Source: Patescibacteria group bacterium (GTDB lineage Bacteria; Patescibacteriota; Patescibacteriia; Magasanikbacterales; GWA2-37-8). Taken from it: a stretch of 64,000 nt of DNA. The stretch spans positions 141,158-205,157 of the forward strand of contig JBAZKA010000001.1 in NCBI GenBank assembly GCA_041651015.1, written 5' to 3'. The position numbers and the translations under genes were made by a program. The notes beneath the pieces are model-generated. The model did not search any database and was not told the DNA's origin. It saw nothing but the letters and a program-made list of their open reading frames with translations. Shown here one piece after another: positions 31,011-41,228 of this stretch (the stretch's first letter is position 1; each line of letters begins with the position of its first letter).

Positions 31011-32048
31011 ATGTCTAATATTTTAGAAATTATTTACGACGATGTAAAGAATATCATTTTGGAAAATGATTTTACTGACATCGCGAAAAAAGATTTTTTG
31101 ATTACCGGGGCATCGGGTTTGTTGGGAACGTACTTTTTGGCATGTATAAAATTGTTGCGCGATAATGACGACGATAAGAATTTCGGAAATATTTTTGCTG
31201 TTATGCTGAATGATCCACCGGATTATTTGGCGGATCTATACAAAGACGTATTAATCATCAAGGGTGATCTGTCAGATTATAATTTTTGCCAAAGTTTACC
31301 ATCCGCTGACTACATAATTCATGCCGCCGGTTATGGACAGCCGGGCAGGTTTATGGAAGATCAGGTAAAAACATTAAAAATTAACACCCTCGCCACTTTT
31401 TCTCTCCTGGAGAAAATAAAAAATAATGGAAATTTTTTATTTTTAAGCACAAGTGAATTATATAGCGGTTTGCGCAAAGACTCGTATAATGAAACTGATA
31501 TTGGCAACACTAATACAGATCATTTTAGATCATGTTATATTGAAGGAAAGCGCTGTGGAGAGGCAATTTGCAACGCCCACAGACTAAAAGGTGTGTCTGC
31601 AAAATCTGCAAGGTTGGCGTTAGCCTACGGTCCAGGTACGAGAGTACATGATAAAAGAGTTTTGAACTCGTTTATTGAAAAAGCAATTATTAACAGTAAA
31701 ATTGATCTGCTTGATCAAGGTGAGGCCAAAAGAACATACTGCTATGTGTCTGATGCGGTTGAAATTATGTTAAATATATTATTGCGAGGTAAAGAAAGCA
31801 TATATAACGTTGGCGGTATTTCTCAAACAACTATTCGTGATTTGGCAATTAACATTGGCGAACAACTGTCAGTGCCCGTGGTATTTCCTGAAGAAACAGG
31901 TACAAGTGTGAATGGGGCCCCCGATGATGTAAAATTAAATTTAGACAGAGTCGCCAATGAGTTCGGAAAGAAAAAGTTTGTTTCTCTAAAAGAAGGATTG
32001 GCTAAAACAATTGAGTGGCAAAAAAATATTTATAATCTTGTGAAATAA
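31011..32048 (+). CDS. NAD-dependent sugar epimerase/dehydratase (extended SDR)
   Basis: ITGASGLLGTYF Rossmann motif, YxxxK region. Confidence 0.65.
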   Translation: MSNILEIIYDDVKNIILENDFTDIAKKDFLITGASGLLGTYFLACIKLLRDNDDDKNFGNIFAVMLNDPPDYLADLYKDVLIIKGDLSDYNFCQSLPSADYIIHAAGYGQPGRFMEDQVKTLKINTLATFSLLEKIKNNGNFLFLSTSELYSGLRKDSYNETDIGNTNTDHFRSCYIEGKRCGEAICNAHRLKGVSAKSARLALAYGPGTRVHDKRVLNSFIEKAIINSKIDLLDQGEAKRTYCYVSDAVEIMLNILLRGKESIYNVGGISQTTIRDLAINIGEQLSVPVVFPEETGTSVNGAPDDVKLNLDRVANEFGKKKFVSLKEGLAKTIEWQKNIYNLVK

Positions 32049-32133
32049 TTGTATTTACATTTTTATAATTATTTGGGGATAAACGCGAACATAAATTAAT
32101 TAATAAGTTGTAAATTTAATTAGATAATATAAT

Positions 32134-33069
32134 ATGGACAAAGATAATAATATCATGAGCGTGTCAGTGCAGGATTTAGAAAAGATGTGGGGCGAAAACC
32201 TGAGCCCATATCTGGTAAAAAAAGTATCCGAGTATGATCTTAAATATGCAATTTTAAATGATGTTGAAAGAGACAATTGTCTAAAACGTATCGTCAGCAC
32301 TTTGTTGGACAAAGATTTGGTTTTTTCTGGCGAGCATCGCCATGAGCAGTGGAACAAAGGATGGGGTGAGAATCTGGACAATTTTATTGGCAGTAAAGAT
32401 GAAAAAAATGTTGTGCCAAAATACTTTGGAAAGTATGACGTTTTGCGTTTAAAGCAAAAATTTATTAAGCCACTTTCAGATAAATTTGAAGTAAACAGCC
32501 TGTATATAATTCAAGATTGGCTTTTTGATAAGTATTTTCGGAATATAAATAATATTTACGAATTCGGTTGCGGTACGGGTCATAACTTGATGCGTGTGCG
32601 GGAAGTAAACCCGACAGCAAATCTTTGGGGGTTGGATTGGGCGGATTCCTCACAAAAAATAATTGATGCCATGAGGGCTGACGGAGTTGATGCAAATATA
32701 TATTCTCATAATTTTGATTTCTTTAAACCAGATTACGATTTCAAGATAGAAAAAGATTCCGCCATATATACAGTAGCCGCCCTGGAACAAATTGGGGACA
32801 AGCACGGCGAGTTTATTAATTATTTACGTCAAAATAAACCGCAATTATGTGTGCACGTTGAACCGATTGGGGAACTGCTTGATCAAGATAATTTACTTGA
32901 TTACTTATCTGTTGAATACTTTAAGAAAAGAAATTATCTTAATGGCTATTTGGATAAACTGAAAGAAATGGAGTCAAATGGGGAAATAAAAATACTGTGT
33001 GCTAAAAGAAGCTATATCGGCAGTATGTTTATTGATGGTTATTCAGTGATAGTTTGGCATTTTGTTTAA
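32134..33069 (+). CDS. class I SAM-dependent methyltransferase
   Basis: YEFGCGTGHNL motif I. Confidence 0.5.
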   Translation: MDKDNNIMSVSVQDLEKMWGENLSPYLVKKVSEYDLKYAILNDVERDNCLKRIVSTLLDKDLVFSGEHRHEQWNKGWGENLDNFIGSKDEKNVVPKYFGKYDVLRLKQKFIKPLSDKFEVNSLYIIQDWLFDKYFRNINNIYEFGCGTGHNLMRVREVNPTANLWGLDWADSSQKIIDAMRADGVDANIYSHNFDFFKPDYDFKIEKDSAIYTVAALEQIGDKHGEFINYLRQNKPQLCVHVEPIGELLDQDNLLDYLSVEYFKKRNYLNGYLDKLKEMESNGEIKILCAKRSYIGSMFIDGYSVIVWHFV

Positions 33070-33108
33070 TTTTGTAGTGGAATTTGATGGTCTTGAGTAA
33101 TCAGAAAT

Positions 33109-33954
33109 ATGTTATTGCTGAAATTAAGGGGAGGCTTGGGGAATCAGTTGTTCCAATACGCGGCCGGAAGGGCGCTATCTCTACGATATGGAATAAAAAT
33201 GACAATGGATATTTCCGACTGTCATAATACTTATCGGAATAGTCCGGAGAATCCCTCAACCTATGCTTTGGGAGCGTTTAATATCGCTAAAAATGTTGCC
33301 GATGTAAATGGTACGCACGGAATTTCTTTGCCGTTATATTTTTTAAGTAAAATAGTTAGAAAATTTTTAGGCGAAGAAACATACTACAATATCCCGTTCC
33401 TAAGTTGCCGATATTTGGATGGCTATTGGCAGAGTGAGAAATATTTTTGTGATTTCCGCCTTGCCATTCAGAATGAAATTAAATTGAAAAATGAAGAAAG
33501 TGAATGTTATAAAAATATTCTCTCTGAAATCGGTTCAATCCAAAGTCCCATTTCGTTACACATTCGGCGCGGCGACTATGAACACGATCCGATAATAAAA
33601 AAGATTCTCAGTTGTTGTACAATGTCGTACTATGATCAGGCGATAAAATTTGTCACTCGCGATTTAACCGGAGTGAAATTTTTTATTTTTTCAGACGATA
33701 TTAATTGGGTAAAAGAAAATTTCAAAATTAATTTTCCAGTATTTTATGTGACCGGTAATAATATTACAAATTATGAGGAAATGATTTTAATGAGTAAATG
33801 CAAACACAACATCATCGCCAACAGCAGTTTTAGCTGGTGGGGGGCTTGGCTGAACGAAAACCCCGGCAAGATTGTTGTTGCTCCAAAAAAATGGTTTAAC
33901 AATCCCAAGGCGGATCAAAAAGATATTATTCCTGAATCGTGGATAAAAATATAA
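33109..33954 (+). CDS. alpha-1,2-fucosyltransferase (GT11 family)
   Basis: N-terminal LRGGLGNQLFQYAAG and HIRRGDY motifs diagnostic of GT11 (FutC-like). Confidence 0.75.
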   Translation: MLLLKLRGGLGNQLFQYAAGRALSLRYGIKMTMDISDCHNTYRNSPENPSTYALGAFNIAKNVADVNGTHGISLPLYFLSKIVRKFLGEETYYNIPFLSCRYLDGYWQSEKYFCDFRLAIQNEIKLKNEESECYKNILSEIGSIQSPISLHIRRGDYEHDPIIKKILSCCTMSYYDQAIKFVTRDLTGVKFFIFSDDINWVKENFKINFPVFYVTGNNITNYEEMILMSKCKHNIIANSSFSWWGAWLNENPGKIVVAPKKWFNNPKADQKDIIPESWIKI

Positions 33955-33955
33955 T

Positions 33956-34714
33956 ATGCCCAAAGTTAGCATAATAATAATTACCTACAATCGCGCGAAA
34001 TATTTACCGCGTGCCATAGACAGTGTTTTGGCGCAGAAATTTTATGATTGGGAGCTGATAATTATTGATGATAATTCGGCGGATGACACTAATGAAATTG
34101 TCAGCCAGTATGTAAAGATAAATCAAACAATTAAGTTTATTAGAAATGAATCTAACGTAGGAATTGTAAAATGCCGTAATCAGGCCTTGTCCATGTGCAA
34201 AGGCAAATACGTGGCCATTTTGGACAGCGACGACTTGTGGACGGATGAAAATAAACTGCTCAAACAATTAAATTTTTTTAAACAGAATCCGGACCATGTT
34301 TTGTGCGGGACCATGGCCGGAGTGATTGGTGAAGATGGAGCGCCAACCGGAAAAATTATTTACAAAACCGATGACTCGGAAATCAGAGAAAAACTGCTAT
34401 TTAGCAATCAGTTTGTACATTCTTCGGTTGTGTATTTGCGGGATGTGGCCAACAAGGCGGGCGGTTATGGCAATTTTGGCGTGGGCGAGGACTATGATTT
34501 ATTTTTTCGCCTCGGCCTCAAGGGTAAAATTGCCAATTTGCCGGAACTAATGGTAAATTACCGCCGACACGCAGACGGTATCACCTGGACCAATAAATTA
34601 TTCTCCGCGCGGGAGCATCTGCGGATAATCAGACAATACCGAGGTAAGTATCCGTACTATTGCTTGGCGGTTATAAAGGCGCGTTTGCGAATTATTATAT
34701 CGCGAATACAATGA
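33956..34714 (+). CDS. family 2 glycosyltransferase
   Basis: VSIIIITYNRAKYL…ELIIIDDNSADDT (GT-A DxD region). Confidence 0.75.
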   Translation: MPKVSIIIITYNRAKYLPRAIDSVLAQKFYDWELIIIDDNSADDTNEIVSQYVKINQTIKFIRNESNVGIVKCRNQALSMCKGKYVAILDSDDLWTDENKLLKQLNFFKQNPDHVLCGTMAGVIGEDGAPTGKIIYKTDDSEIREKLLFSNQFVHSSVVYLRDVANKAGGYGNFGVGEDYDLFFRLGLKGKIANLPELMVNYRRHADGITWTNKLFSAREHLRIIRQYRGKYPYYCLAVIKARLRIIISRIQ

Positions 34715-35793
34715 AAATTCTTTATCTTATTACGAAATCTGAAGCCGGTGGGGCGCAAACCCATGTGGCTGATTTGTGCCGTTATTTTAAAAATTGCGGA
34801 AATGAAGTTACGGTAATGAGCGCCGGCGACGGCTGGCTAAAAAATGAATGTGATAAATTGGGCGTGGTTTTTATCGCTAATAAATATTTTTCCAACAGTC
34901 CGAACCCATTTAGAATATTTTATGCCATTAGAGAAATTAAAAGATGCGTGAAAAATTTTCAGCCGGATATTGTCCACTGTCATAGTTCGGCCGCGGCCTT
35001 TTTGGGGCGTCTGGCTGTGCGCGGTAAAGTTCGGACAATATACACGGCTCACGGTTGGGGTTTTAACATTGGAATGAATCCGTTTGTCCGCGTCGGAGTA
35101 TTGATTGCCGAGAAGCTGGCCGCCAAATATACTGACACGTATATTTGCGTGGCCGAGTTTGTAAAAAAATTAGGATTAAAATATAATTTAGCGCCAGCCA
35201 AAAAGTTTAAAGTAATATATAACGGCGTTAGTGTCCGGCAAACCGCCAGTAATATTAGTTCGGTTGAATTAAAATTAATTTTTGTCGGGCGCCTGGCCGA
35301 GCCCAAAAGACCGGAGTTGATAATTGAGGCCATTAGCCGATTACCCTCTGAGATAAAATGCCGGATCATATTTACAATTGTCGGCGATGGTCCAAAAAGA
35401 AAGTCTCTGGAAGATTTGTCTAAAGAAAAAAAAGTTACCGTCCATTTCACGGGCGCCCTGCCCAAAGAATCCGCGCTTGGTGAATTGTCTCGCGGTGATA
35501 TATTTGTTTTTATTTCCGCTTGGGAGGGTTTTCCTTATACGATTTTGGAAGCCATGTCCTACGGCTTACCGGTTATTGCTTCAAATGTTGGAGGGGTGTC
35601 CGAGGCAATTGATTCAACTTGCGGAATTTTGGTAAATAATGATGTTGGACAAATCCGCGAAGCTATATTAAAATTATGCCATGATAAAGGACGAAGATTG
35701 AGAATGGGTGATAACGCGCGGAAAATTGTTGAACAAAAATTTTCTTTGGAAAAAATGCTTAAAGAAATTGAGCATATTTACAAAAATATATGA
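34711..35793 (+). CDS. family 4 (GT-B) glycosyltransferase
   Basis: ATGA overlap; C-terminal EGFPYTILEAMSYGLPVIASNVGG (E-x7-E motif region). Confidence 0.75.
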   Translation: MKILYLITKSEAGGAQTHVADLCRYFKNCGNEVTVMSAGDGWLKNECDKLGVVFIANKYFSNSPNPFRIFYAIREIKRCVKNFQPDIVHCHSSAAAFLGRLAVRGKVRTIYTAHGWGFNIGMNPFVRVGVLIAEKLAAKYTDTYICVAEFVKKLGLKYNLAPAKKFKVIYNGVSVRQTASNISSVELKLIFVGRLAEPKRPELIIEAISRLPSEIKCRIIFTIVGDGPKRKSLEDLSKEKKVTVHFTGALPKESALGELSRGDIFVFISAWEGFPYTILEAMSYGLPVIASNVGGVSEAIDSTCGILVNNDVGQIREAILKLCHDKGRRLRMGDNARKIVEQKFSLEKMLKEIEHIYKNI

Positions 35794-37196
35794 AATTAAT
35801 ATACTTCGGTGCAGGTTTTGTCGGGGCGTGTAGCGCGGCCGTGATGGCCGATAGCGGGCATGATGTTTTGGTATATGATATTGACAAGATCAAAATCCAG
35901 ATGCTTGGCTCTGGCGATCGCGATACGATAGAAAAATGTTTGTTTGAAAAAGGATTGGGCGATATGCTCGTCCGCAATACGAAAAGAATTGTTTTTTCAA
36001 ATCAAATTGACGATGTGGCCGGGGCAGTCAACGAGGCTGATGCGATATTCATGTGCTTGCCCACGCCGGACAAGGGTACTGATGGTGGAAGTGATTTATC
36101 ATTTTATGAAAACGCAGCCGCTGATTTGAGCAAGATACTCAAGACGCGCAACGATTCCACCCAATCAAAATACGTGGTCATTGTGAACAAAAGCACGGTG
36201 CCGATTAATATGGCTGAGCGAGCATCAGAGATCTTTAATTTCGCCGGTGTAATTAATTTAGGCGTTGTTTCCAATCCGGAATTTCTAGTGGAAGGCAAAG
36301 CGGTTGATGGCTCGCTTAAACCTGACCGCATCGTCATCGGTGGTAAAAGTGAACGCGATTTCGCTGTGATGAGAAATGTTTATCAACGATTTATTACTTC
36401 GCCGACTGTAAAATATATTGAAGTAAATCCCCGCGAAGCCGCGGCGGGGAAATTACTGGCGAATTATTATTTGTTTTCTCGTCTGATAAGCACCTACGAA
36501 GTGATGGGCCGAGTGGCAGAGTCGTTTGAAGGGATAGAATTTGAGAAATTGCGCGATATAGTTTCCTCGGATGACCGGATCGGTAAATGGGGATTTTATG
36601 ACAGCGTTTATAGCGGTGGCAGTTGTTTTATCAAAGATTCCAAATCGTTAAAGAAACAGTTGACTGAAACCGGCGCCAATGTTGAACATGTGAAACGAAT
36701 GCTGGAGGGTAATGATTTCCAACTGAATAATTTTTACGCGCGCGCCAAGCGTGATGCCGGATTTAATTTCGCAGATCGTAAGGTTACTATTATGGGCGCG
36801 GCTTTTAAACGCGATACCAATGATATTAGAAACAGTCCGGCCATTAAAATTATAGAATTATTGTTGAGTGACAAAGTTAAAGAAATTCGTATTTATGATC
36901 CGGCTGCCATGCCCATGTTCCAGAAACTTTTTGACACAGCTAAAGACGAACGTTTCAAAATAATTAAATATTTTAACACTGAAGAAGAAGCTTTGTCCTC
37001 TAGCGATGCCTGTATGATTTTGACTGACTGGCCAAAATTTCGGACACTCGGTGAAACAATTAAAAAATCGTGCCCTGCGCCGTATCTGATACTGGACGGG
37101 CGCCGAATGCTCGCCGGCCAGTTTGATGAGTTAAGCGCTTTGGGGTATGATATCATCGCGGTCGGTTCGCCGTTTTACAAAGGTAATAAGAAATAA
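35790..37196 (+). CDS. ugd: UDP-glucose/GDP-mannose 6-dehydrogenase family (nucleotide-sugar dehydrogenase)
   Basis: MKLIYFGAGFVGACSAAVMA N-terminal NAD fold; catalytic GGSCF(IKD) cysteine motif. Confidence 0.75.
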   Translation: MKLIYFGAGFVGACSAAVMADSGHDVLVYDIDKIKIQMLGSGDRDTIEKCLFEKGLGDMLVRNTKRIVFSNQIDDVAGAVNEADAIFMCLPTPDKGTDGGSDLSFYENAAADLSKILKTRNDSTQSKYVVIVNKSTVPINMAERASEIFNFAGVINLGVVSNPEFLVEGKAVDGSLKPDRIVIGGKSERDFAVMRNVYQRFITSPTVKYIEVNPREAAAGKLLANYYLFSRLISTYEVMGRVAESFEGIEFEKLRDIVSSDDRIGKWGFYDSVYSGGSCFIKDSKSLKKQLTETGANVEHVKRMLEGNDFQLNNFYARAKRDAGFNFADRKVTIMGAAFKRDTNDIRNSPAIKIIELLLSDKVKEIRIYDPAAMPMFQKLFDTAKDERFKIIKYFNTEEEALSSSDACMILTDWPKFRTLGETIKKSCPAPYLILDGRRMLAGQFDELSALGYDIIAVGSPFYKGNKK

Positions 37197-37197
37197 T

Positions 37198-38112
37198 ATG
37201 GCAAAATATTTAATAACGGGTGGCGCTGGTTTTATTGGCGCAAATCTGATTAAAAATTTATTGGATAATGGGCACGAGGTGGTGGTAGTAGATAATTTCG
37301 CCGGCGGAAAAAAATCCGATCGGATTATTAAGGGGGCAAAATATTTTAATGAAGATGTGCGCCATCTAAACAAACTCGTAAAAATTTGCGCTAAAGGTTT
37401 TGATGGCATATTCCACCTGGCCGCGTTGCCTCGGGTGAGTTATTCAGTGGAACATCCGGATGAAACGCACGATGTTAACGTCACCGGAACTTTAAATATT
37501 TTAATTGCGGCACAAAAAAATAAAATCCGCCGAGTGATATTTAGTTCCTCGGCAGCTGTTTACGGCGAAATAGAGACTGACAAACTGGTGGAAACAATGA
37601 CTCCGGCGCCGGTTAGTCCCTACGGTTATCATAAACTGATGTCTGAACAATATTGTAAATTATATAGTTTGATGTATGGTGTGCAAACTGTTTGTTTGCG
37701 ATATTTCAACGTTTACGGGCCGCATTTTGACCCAGCTGGCGCCTACGCCCTGGTCGTGGGAAAATTTATCGATCAACGTAAAAATAATAAATCGTTAACT
37801 ATTTGCGGTGACGGCGAATATTATCGTGATTATGTCAATGTCGCGGATGTAGTTAATGCCAACATATTGGCGATGAAGTCTACGGATTTGGGCAGCGGCG
37901 AAATTATAAACATCGGTACTGGTCAAAGCCGTTCTGTCAATGAACTGGCTAAAGTCATCGGTGGTCATACTGAAACTATTGCCGCGAGGAAGGGCGACCC
38001 GCGACGTTCCGAAGCTAATATTGATCGCGCGACCTTGATGCTTAAATGGGCGCCAAAAGTAAAATTTGAAGATGGCCTGAAAGAGTTAAAAGAATTACAC
38101 GGATTAAAATAA
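37198..38112 (+). CDS. NAD-dependent nucleotide-sugar 4-epimerase (UDP-glucuronate/UDP-glucose epimerase type)
   Basis: ITGGAGFIGANL Rossmann motif, SSSAAVYG, YGYHK (YxxxK). Confidence 0.7.
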   Translation: MAKYLITGGAGFIGANLIKNLLDNGHEVVVVDNFAGGKKSDRIIKGAKYFNEDVRHLNKLVKICAKGFDGIFHLAALPRVSYSVEHPDETHDVNVTGTLNILIAAQKNKIRRVIFSSSAAVYGEIETDKLVETMTPAPVSPYGYHKLMSEQYCKLYSLMYGVQTVCLRYFNVYGPHFDPAGAYALVVGKFIDQRKNNKSLTICGDGEYYRDYVNVADVVNANILAMKSTDLGSGEIINIGTGQSRSVNELAKVIGGHTETIAARKGDPRRSEANIDRATLMLKWAPKVKFEDGLKELKELHGLK

Positions 38113-38124
38113 TAATTAAAAAAA

Positions 38125-38158
38125 CACCTCGTCCGCCAGCTGGCGGACGAGGTGTTTT
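38125..38158. terminator. bidirectional rho-independent terminator
   Basis: Perfect 14-bp inverted repeat CACCTCGTCCGCCAGC/TGGCGGACGAGGTG flanked by A-run and TTTT. It lies between convergent genes. Confidence 0.7.
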
Positions 38159-38168
38159 AATTTTAGAT

Positions 38169-38447
38169 TTAAGCTGTGACCACGCTGACAAACTTGGTCA
38201 TTTTCATCGCGCCGTCAAAACGCTTGCGTTTACGGTCGCTGAATTTTACTTTGCCGTTCGCGAGAGAAAACAGAGAATCATCGGTGCCGCGTCCGACATT
38301 TTTGCCCGGATGAATTCTGGTGCCGCGCTGTTTGACGATAATCATTCCCGGTTTGATAATTTGGCCATCGTGAACTTTTACGCCCAGACGCTTTGCTTCT
38401 GAATCGCGTCCGAGCCGTGTAGAACCGCCGGCTTTCTTATGTGACAT
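38169..38447 (-). CDS. rpmA: 50S ribosomal protein L27
   Basis: [24 protein letters not shown]… is the canonical bL27 N-terminus. Confidence 0.85.
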   Translation of the reverse strand: MSHKKAGGSTRLGRDSEAKRLGVKVHDGQIIKPGMIIVKQRGTRIHPGKNVGRGTDDSLFSLANGKVKFSDRKRKRFDGAMKMTKFVSVVTA

Positions 38448-38614
38448 ATATTAAGTTAGAAAGATTATAAAGTTGAAAGTTTATAAAGACATTTTTTGAC
38501 CTTCCAACCATTAGGCGCTTTATGTATTCATCGCTACAACAATGAATGCTTCGCCAGATGATTATTAAAAAATGACTCAATAAAACGTAAATATTATATA
38601 CAAACATTGTACAT

Positions 38615-38643
38615 TTGTCAATAGGCTAAAATTCTGATAAAAT
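38615..38643 (+). promoter_or_regulatory. sigma70-type promoter (TTGTCA-17-TAAAAT)
   Basis: 10 nt upstream of the 38653 ATG (leaderless or short-leader mRNA). Confidence 0.45.
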
Positions 38644-38652
38644 TAGCTCAAT

Positions 38653-39693
38653 ATGCATATATTTTTGGCTTCAGCGGCGTTGTCTCTAATTTTAACGCTA
38701 ATCGTCCGCAAAATCGCATTAAAATTGAATATAGTGGATGTCCCGGATAATGGTAGAAAAAAGCACACAGGGGTTATCCCATTGCTTGGTGGTATAGCCA
38801 TTTTTCTCGCTTTTTGGACCGTGGTTTTTTTTGTCCTGAATTATACCGGTGTGGCCCGCAAACATTTGTCCGATGCCAGCTTAATCGGCATCTTTTTTGG
38901 CAGTGTTATTTTGGTTGTTGTCGGCGCGCTTGATGATAAATATAATCTACCGCCGATTGTCCGTCTGGGCGCGACTGTGATAGCGGCGTTTTGCGTTATT
39001 GCCGGCGGTGGCGAGTTATATTCCATCACTAACCCGTTCGGCGGTTACATTACGCTTGACGCTTGGCGCATTGGCGATATTCTAGTGCTGGCCGCAGCCC
39101 TGATATTTTTTTGGATTATGGGCATGACCTATACAGTTAAAATTTTGGATGGTCTGGATGGCCTGGCTACCGGCGTAGTAATGATCGGCGCTCTAATGAT
39201 ACATTTTTTGACGGCTAAAGGATATTTTTATCAGGCCGATATGTCGGCGGTTTCATTGGTTTTGGCCGGAGTATGCGCCGGATTTCTAATTTTAAATTTT
39301 TATCCGGCCAAAATATTTCTGGGTGAATCAGGCGGATTATTTCTTGGCTTTATTCTCGGCGCCCTGGCCATTGTCGCCGGCGGTAAGATTGCCACCGCGC
39401 TTCTCGTGATGGCTGTGCCGGTTTTAGATTTGGTCCGGGTTATTTATTTGCGCCTAAAAAACAAACAATCAATTTTTGCCGGCGATCGGCGTCATTTACA
39501 TTTTGTGTTGGTGGACATGGGGGTGGGACAGCGTTCAGCGGTATTGATATATTATTTTTTAGCTTTTGCGTTTGGTATATCCACTTTGTATTTACGCAGT
39601 TCGCAAAAATTACTCGCTTTGGGAATACTGACTGTCGGCATGATATTTTTTGAAATTTGGTTGGCTACTCGCGTTGTACCTATAAAAAAATAA
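38653..39693 (+). CDS. wecA: UDP-GlcNAc:undecaprenyl-phosphate GlcNAc-1-phosphate transferase family (MraY/WecA-like, GT4 polyprenyl-phosphate transferase)
   Basis: 10-11 TM helices, DDxxN-like LDDKYNL motif, VFMGDSGS-like FLGESGGLFLG motif. Confidence 0.7.
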   Translation: MHIFLASAALSLILTLIVRKIALKLNIVDVPDNGRKKHTGVIPLLGGIAIFLAFWTVVFFVLNYTGVARKHLSDASLIGIFFGSVILVVVGALDDKYNLPPIVRLGATVIAAFCVIAGGGELYSITNPFGGYITLDAWRIGDILVLAAALIFFWIMGMTYTVKILDGLDGLATGVVMIGALMIHFLTAKGYFYQADMSAVSLVLAGVCAGFLILNFYPAKIFLGESGGLFLGFILGALAIVAGGKIATALLVMAVPVLDLVRVIYLRLKNKQSIFAGDRRHLHFVLVDMGVGQRSAVLIYYFLAFAFGISTLYLRSSQKLLALGILTVGMIFFEIWLATRVVPIKK

Positions 39694-39696
39694 ATT

Positions 39697-40176
39697 ATGT
39701 TTTGGCAAAAAGATAAATATAATTTTAAGGCTTGGCATCTTGTCGCTTTTGGCGCTATTATTGCGGTGTTCGTTATTTTGAAAATATTCTTGGTTTTTTA
39801 TACCCCAAGCGGCCAAGTAATTATTAACGAAAAAGAAATAAAGGTTTTGGTGGCTAATACTTCCGAACGCTGGTTCAAGGGTTTAAGCGGCCGAGATACT
39901 CTGGGCGAATATGGCGGGATGTGGTTTTCTTTTTTATCCAAGGATTATTATACGATGGTAATGAGAGATATGAAGTTCCCCTTGGATATAATCTGGTTGG
40001 AAGATGGCATCATTGTGGATATGGCGCCCAATGTTCAACCCGAAGCCGGTACTGAGGAGGCCTCTCTGACCAAATATCGCCCGCGGTTGCCCGCAAACGA
40101 GGTTTTAGAAATGACGGCCGGCGCCATTGAACAATATGGCCTAAAAATAGGGGATAAGCTTAATTTTAGCCGTTAA
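39697..40176 (+). CDS. DUF192 domain protein
   Basis: N-terminal TM plus DUF192-like core (…MVMRDMKFPLDIIWLEDGIIVDM…). Confidence 0.55.
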   Translation: MFWQKDKYNFKAWHLVAFGAIIAVFVILKIFLVFYTPSGQVIINEKEIKVLVANTSERWFKGLSGRDTLGEYGGMWFSFLSKDYYTMVMRDMKFPLDIIWLEDGIIVDMAPNVQPEAGTEEASLTKYRPRLPANEVLEMTAGAIEQYGLKIGDKLNFSR

Positions 40177-40253
40177 GTACTAAACCGCTTGACAAAAGTC
40201 CATTTTTTAGTTATTCTATTGATACTCTAAATTTACATTAGTTTAAATGTCTT

Positions 40254-40559
40254 ATGTTTGCAGTAATTGAAACGGGTGGTAAGCAATATTTGGTCAAAAC
40301 CGGTTTAGCGCTCAAAATTGAAAAATTAGGAGCGGCCGAAGGAGAAAAAGTTGTCTTTGATAAAGTTTTACTGACAGCCAATGATGATGGTGGAAATGTA
40401 AAACTCGGCAGTCCGTTTATTGAGGGTGCCGCGATTGAAGCCACTCTGGATAAACAGGGCCGCGCCAAGAAAGTCCGCGTGGAAAAATACAAACGAAAAG
40501 TCCGCTATCACAAAGTTCACGGACACAGACAAGCTTTCAGTCAAGTCAAAATCGGATAA
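40254..40559 (+). CDS. rplU: 50S ribosomal protein L21
   Basis: MFAVIETGGKQYLVKTG… is the canonical bL21. Confidence 0.85.
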   Translation: MFAVIETGGKQYLVKTGLALKIEKLGAAEGEKVVFDKVLLTANDDGGNVKLGSPFIEGAAIEATLDKQGRAKKVRVEKYKRKVRYHKVHGHRQAFSQVKIG

Positions 40560-40566
40560 AACAAAA

Positions 40567-40626
40567 CCCCGCTCAAATGAGCGGGGTTTTCTTACAAATT
40601 AAAACCCCACACTTTCGCATGGGGTT
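40567..40626. terminator. two terminator hairpins between convergent genes
   Basis: CCCCGCTCAAATGAGCGGGG+TTTT (for rplU) and AACCCCAC…ATGGGGTT with a T-run on the minus strand (for the 40652..41140 gene). Confidence 0.6.
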
Positions 40627-40651
40627 ATTATCGGCAGATAAATGAACAGGA

Positions 40652-41140
40652 TCAGTTCTCTACAACGGGCATGGGCTGGTTGAGTGGGAGATCAATTTGG
40701 GTTGGCCAGTCATTGTCCTTGGCTGTTATGGTGGCGTAATATACGCAGTTTTCCAGGATGGCATCAATATAGTTTTCCGGCGGATTAGCCCATCGATAGG
40801 TATAACAGTCTGGTTCGAGTTTGAAACTGATGGTCGGCGTCTTCGTATCATTGTGAATTTTTACGCGAATCTTCTCGATTGGAATGGATGATAAGACATA
40901 AGTATCCTCGTCCATTTTCCATGCGAACCTGACTATCATTTCCGTTTTGGAGGAAGAATTGAAGCTACCACTGAAAATGAAAAAACCGCCGGTGGTATTA
41001 GTCGATGTTGCGCTATTAGATATCATCTTGCGCAGAAGATGTTCACCAGTCATGAATTTTGGCACAGTAATTGGCGCATCAACGCCACAGCCAGCTATTA
41101 TGACCGCTGCCAACATCGTTACAAAAAGATTCCTCATCAC
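40652..41140 (-). CDS. hypothetical lipoprotein
   Basis: Lipobox …AAVIIAGC; 162 aa. Confidence 0.5.
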   Translation of the reverse strand: MMRNLFVTMLAAVIIAGCGVDAPITVPKFMTGEHLLRKMISNSATSTNTTGGFFIFSGSFNSSSKTEMIVRFAWKMDEDTYVLSSIPIEKIRVKIHNDTKTPTISFKLEPDCYTYRWANPPENYIDAILENCVYYATITAKDNDWPTQIDLPLNQPMPVVEN

Positions 41141-41228
41141 CTTCCTCCTTGTTTGCCCATTTCATTGGGACTTGCTTGATATTTCAAAGAATATATATTA
41201 CCCTATCACGTTGTTAGTGTTTTGTCAA

